Shown here piece by piece: positions 62,702 to 64,000 of a stretch of DNA of 64,000 bases (position 1 is the stretch's first letter; the number at the start of each line of letters is the position of its first letter). The DNA comes from Leptogorgia sarmentosa (taxonomy: Eukaryota), in the NCBI GenBank assembly GCA_964658305.1, contig OZ210885.1:17546001-17610000 (forward strand), written 5' to 3'. The notes beneath the pieces were generated by a model, which was given only the letters and a program-made list of their open reading frames with translations, ran no database searches and was not told the origin of the DNA. Made by a program: the position numbers and the translations under genes.

Positions 62702-63190
62702 TTATAATATAAGTGGGGTAAAATCTGCAACGTGATTGGCTAATGAGCGTGCATTATAACGGTGTAATGCACGCATCTAGCTATTAAATTTCTCCCGCGA
62801 CTCTTTGGTTTGACAAAAAAACAATAAAAATACATCCGTAGAAAACACTTGAATTGTTTGCTTTTGCTCAGCTAAAGGAATAAAGCTATGTTGCTGCTTG
62901 GCAACATTTGAGAACATGCTTGATTACATGTAAAGAGAATTGTAATTTTGATCTTCCTAACGAAGTTTTTTGTTGCGCTAATATTCTCTTATATTATAAA
63001 AGAAATAGAAAATCTCGTCGCGTGCCATTATGCTGTTATAATTGCACTCGGGCAATATTGTGAGAATACTCGAGAATCGCGTAAAACAAGAGGTGTAGCC
63101 GAGTGTTTTACGCGATTCTCTCATATTCTCCCAACATTTCACTCGTGCATTATAACAGCATAATGGCATGCGACTCGTTATCTATTTCTT
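62702..63190. mobile_element. Crypton-like non-autonomous insertion with an internal hairpin
   Basis: Hairpin GAGAATCGCGTAAAACA...TGTTTTACGCGATTCTC (about 63072-63120) and repeated CGTGCATTATAAC. Interrupts the DIRS/Ngaro element between pol and YR. Confidence 0.5.
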
Positions 63191-63925
63191 AAAAAATAGG
63201 GGCCAAAAGGCTGCCAACTTCCACTCAGGAACGACCAAAATGCCGCGAGCTTTACAGTTTTCTAAATAAAATATTGTGCGGCTAATAAGATGAAATGGAG
63301 GAACTAGCCAATTGTTATCTTGGGACCAATCAAAATTAAACGCGTCAACTCCGCAACTTCCAGGGCACCAGAATTTTGAATAGTATTTTTTGCATTTTCT
63401 GGTGTGACTAGAAGCGAAACAATCGGCTGTAAAGCCTCCGTATAGGTAGTTGATGTTTTGGAAGAATTCTGATGTAACCTGCCAGTCGTCATAATCGACA
63501 ACTCTGCTTACAGTGTCTGCTAATTGATTCAACTCTCGAGGAATCCATTCGACTTGTAGAGTAATGTGATTTTGAAAACAGAAACTAAAAATATCTAAAA
63601 CAATCTGATGGAGACAAATAGAGGTGCTACCTTTGTCGCATATAATAGCTATGTTTCGGTTGTCTGTGAAAATTTTAACGATACCGTCTTTTACATACTT
63701 TTTAAAAGACCTAAGACTGTATAAAACAGCGAGAAGCTCCCGGGCTTCATCCAAATCGATTTCTAGGGATGAGAATGCTTTATAATAAAGGTCAAATTCG
63801 TTGCTATCAATGCGATGTGCGTGACCTCCACATGCGTAGGCACTAGCGTCAGAATGAATTACCATGGTAGGAATTTTTTTATTCAAAATGTACGGTTGTT
63901 CAAAGATGCGAAATTTACTCGCCAA
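63182..63925 (-). pseudogene. DIRS/Ngaro pol: RNase H plus DNA N6-adenine-methyltransferase-like C-terminal domain
   Basis: HSDAS, ARELLAV, FTDN, WIPRELNQLADTVSR; DCFAS, GVDAFNFDW, WLVPPF, LVVPEW. Confidence 0.85.
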
Positions 63926-64000
63926 AATTTAATTTCTGTTAAACATTGCTCATAATACTGATATTCTCTCAAATCTATTAGAACTCCCAATGATCAGACA

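Overview
AT-rich eukaryotic DNA with spliceosomal GT-AG introns; the element repertoire suggests an animal, probably a cnidarian (inference). I recognise no ordinary host gene. The window is a dense nest of mostly decayed transposable elements, and many boundaries can be read exactly from terminal inverted repeats (TIRs) and target-site duplications (TSDs). Nest 1: a hAT element (5745-24096) holds a Tx1/L1 LINE, itself split by an IS3EU-like DNA transposon carrying an alpha-kinase gene; the hAT also holds a Merlin-like MITE and an RTEX-like LINE. Nest 2: a CRE-type non-LTR element is split by a CAC...GTG Chapaev/Transib/RAG1-like transposon (37657-51413), which is split by a hAT (38237-46977), which is split by an AcademH helicase transposon (40029-46289). 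Also present: BEL/Pao and Gypsy LTR elements, Harbinger, Kolobok, DIRS/Ngaro tyrosine-recombinase elements, Penelope remnants and palindromic MITEs. Two signals stand out. First, four IS3EU-like elements, three of which carry non-transposase cargo (alpha-kinase, HECT E3-like, a shared uncharacterised N-terminal domain). Second, a two-gene RAG1/Chapaev-like transposon whose convergent second ORF can be rebuilt intact. All family assignments come from motif recognition by eye, not from database searches.
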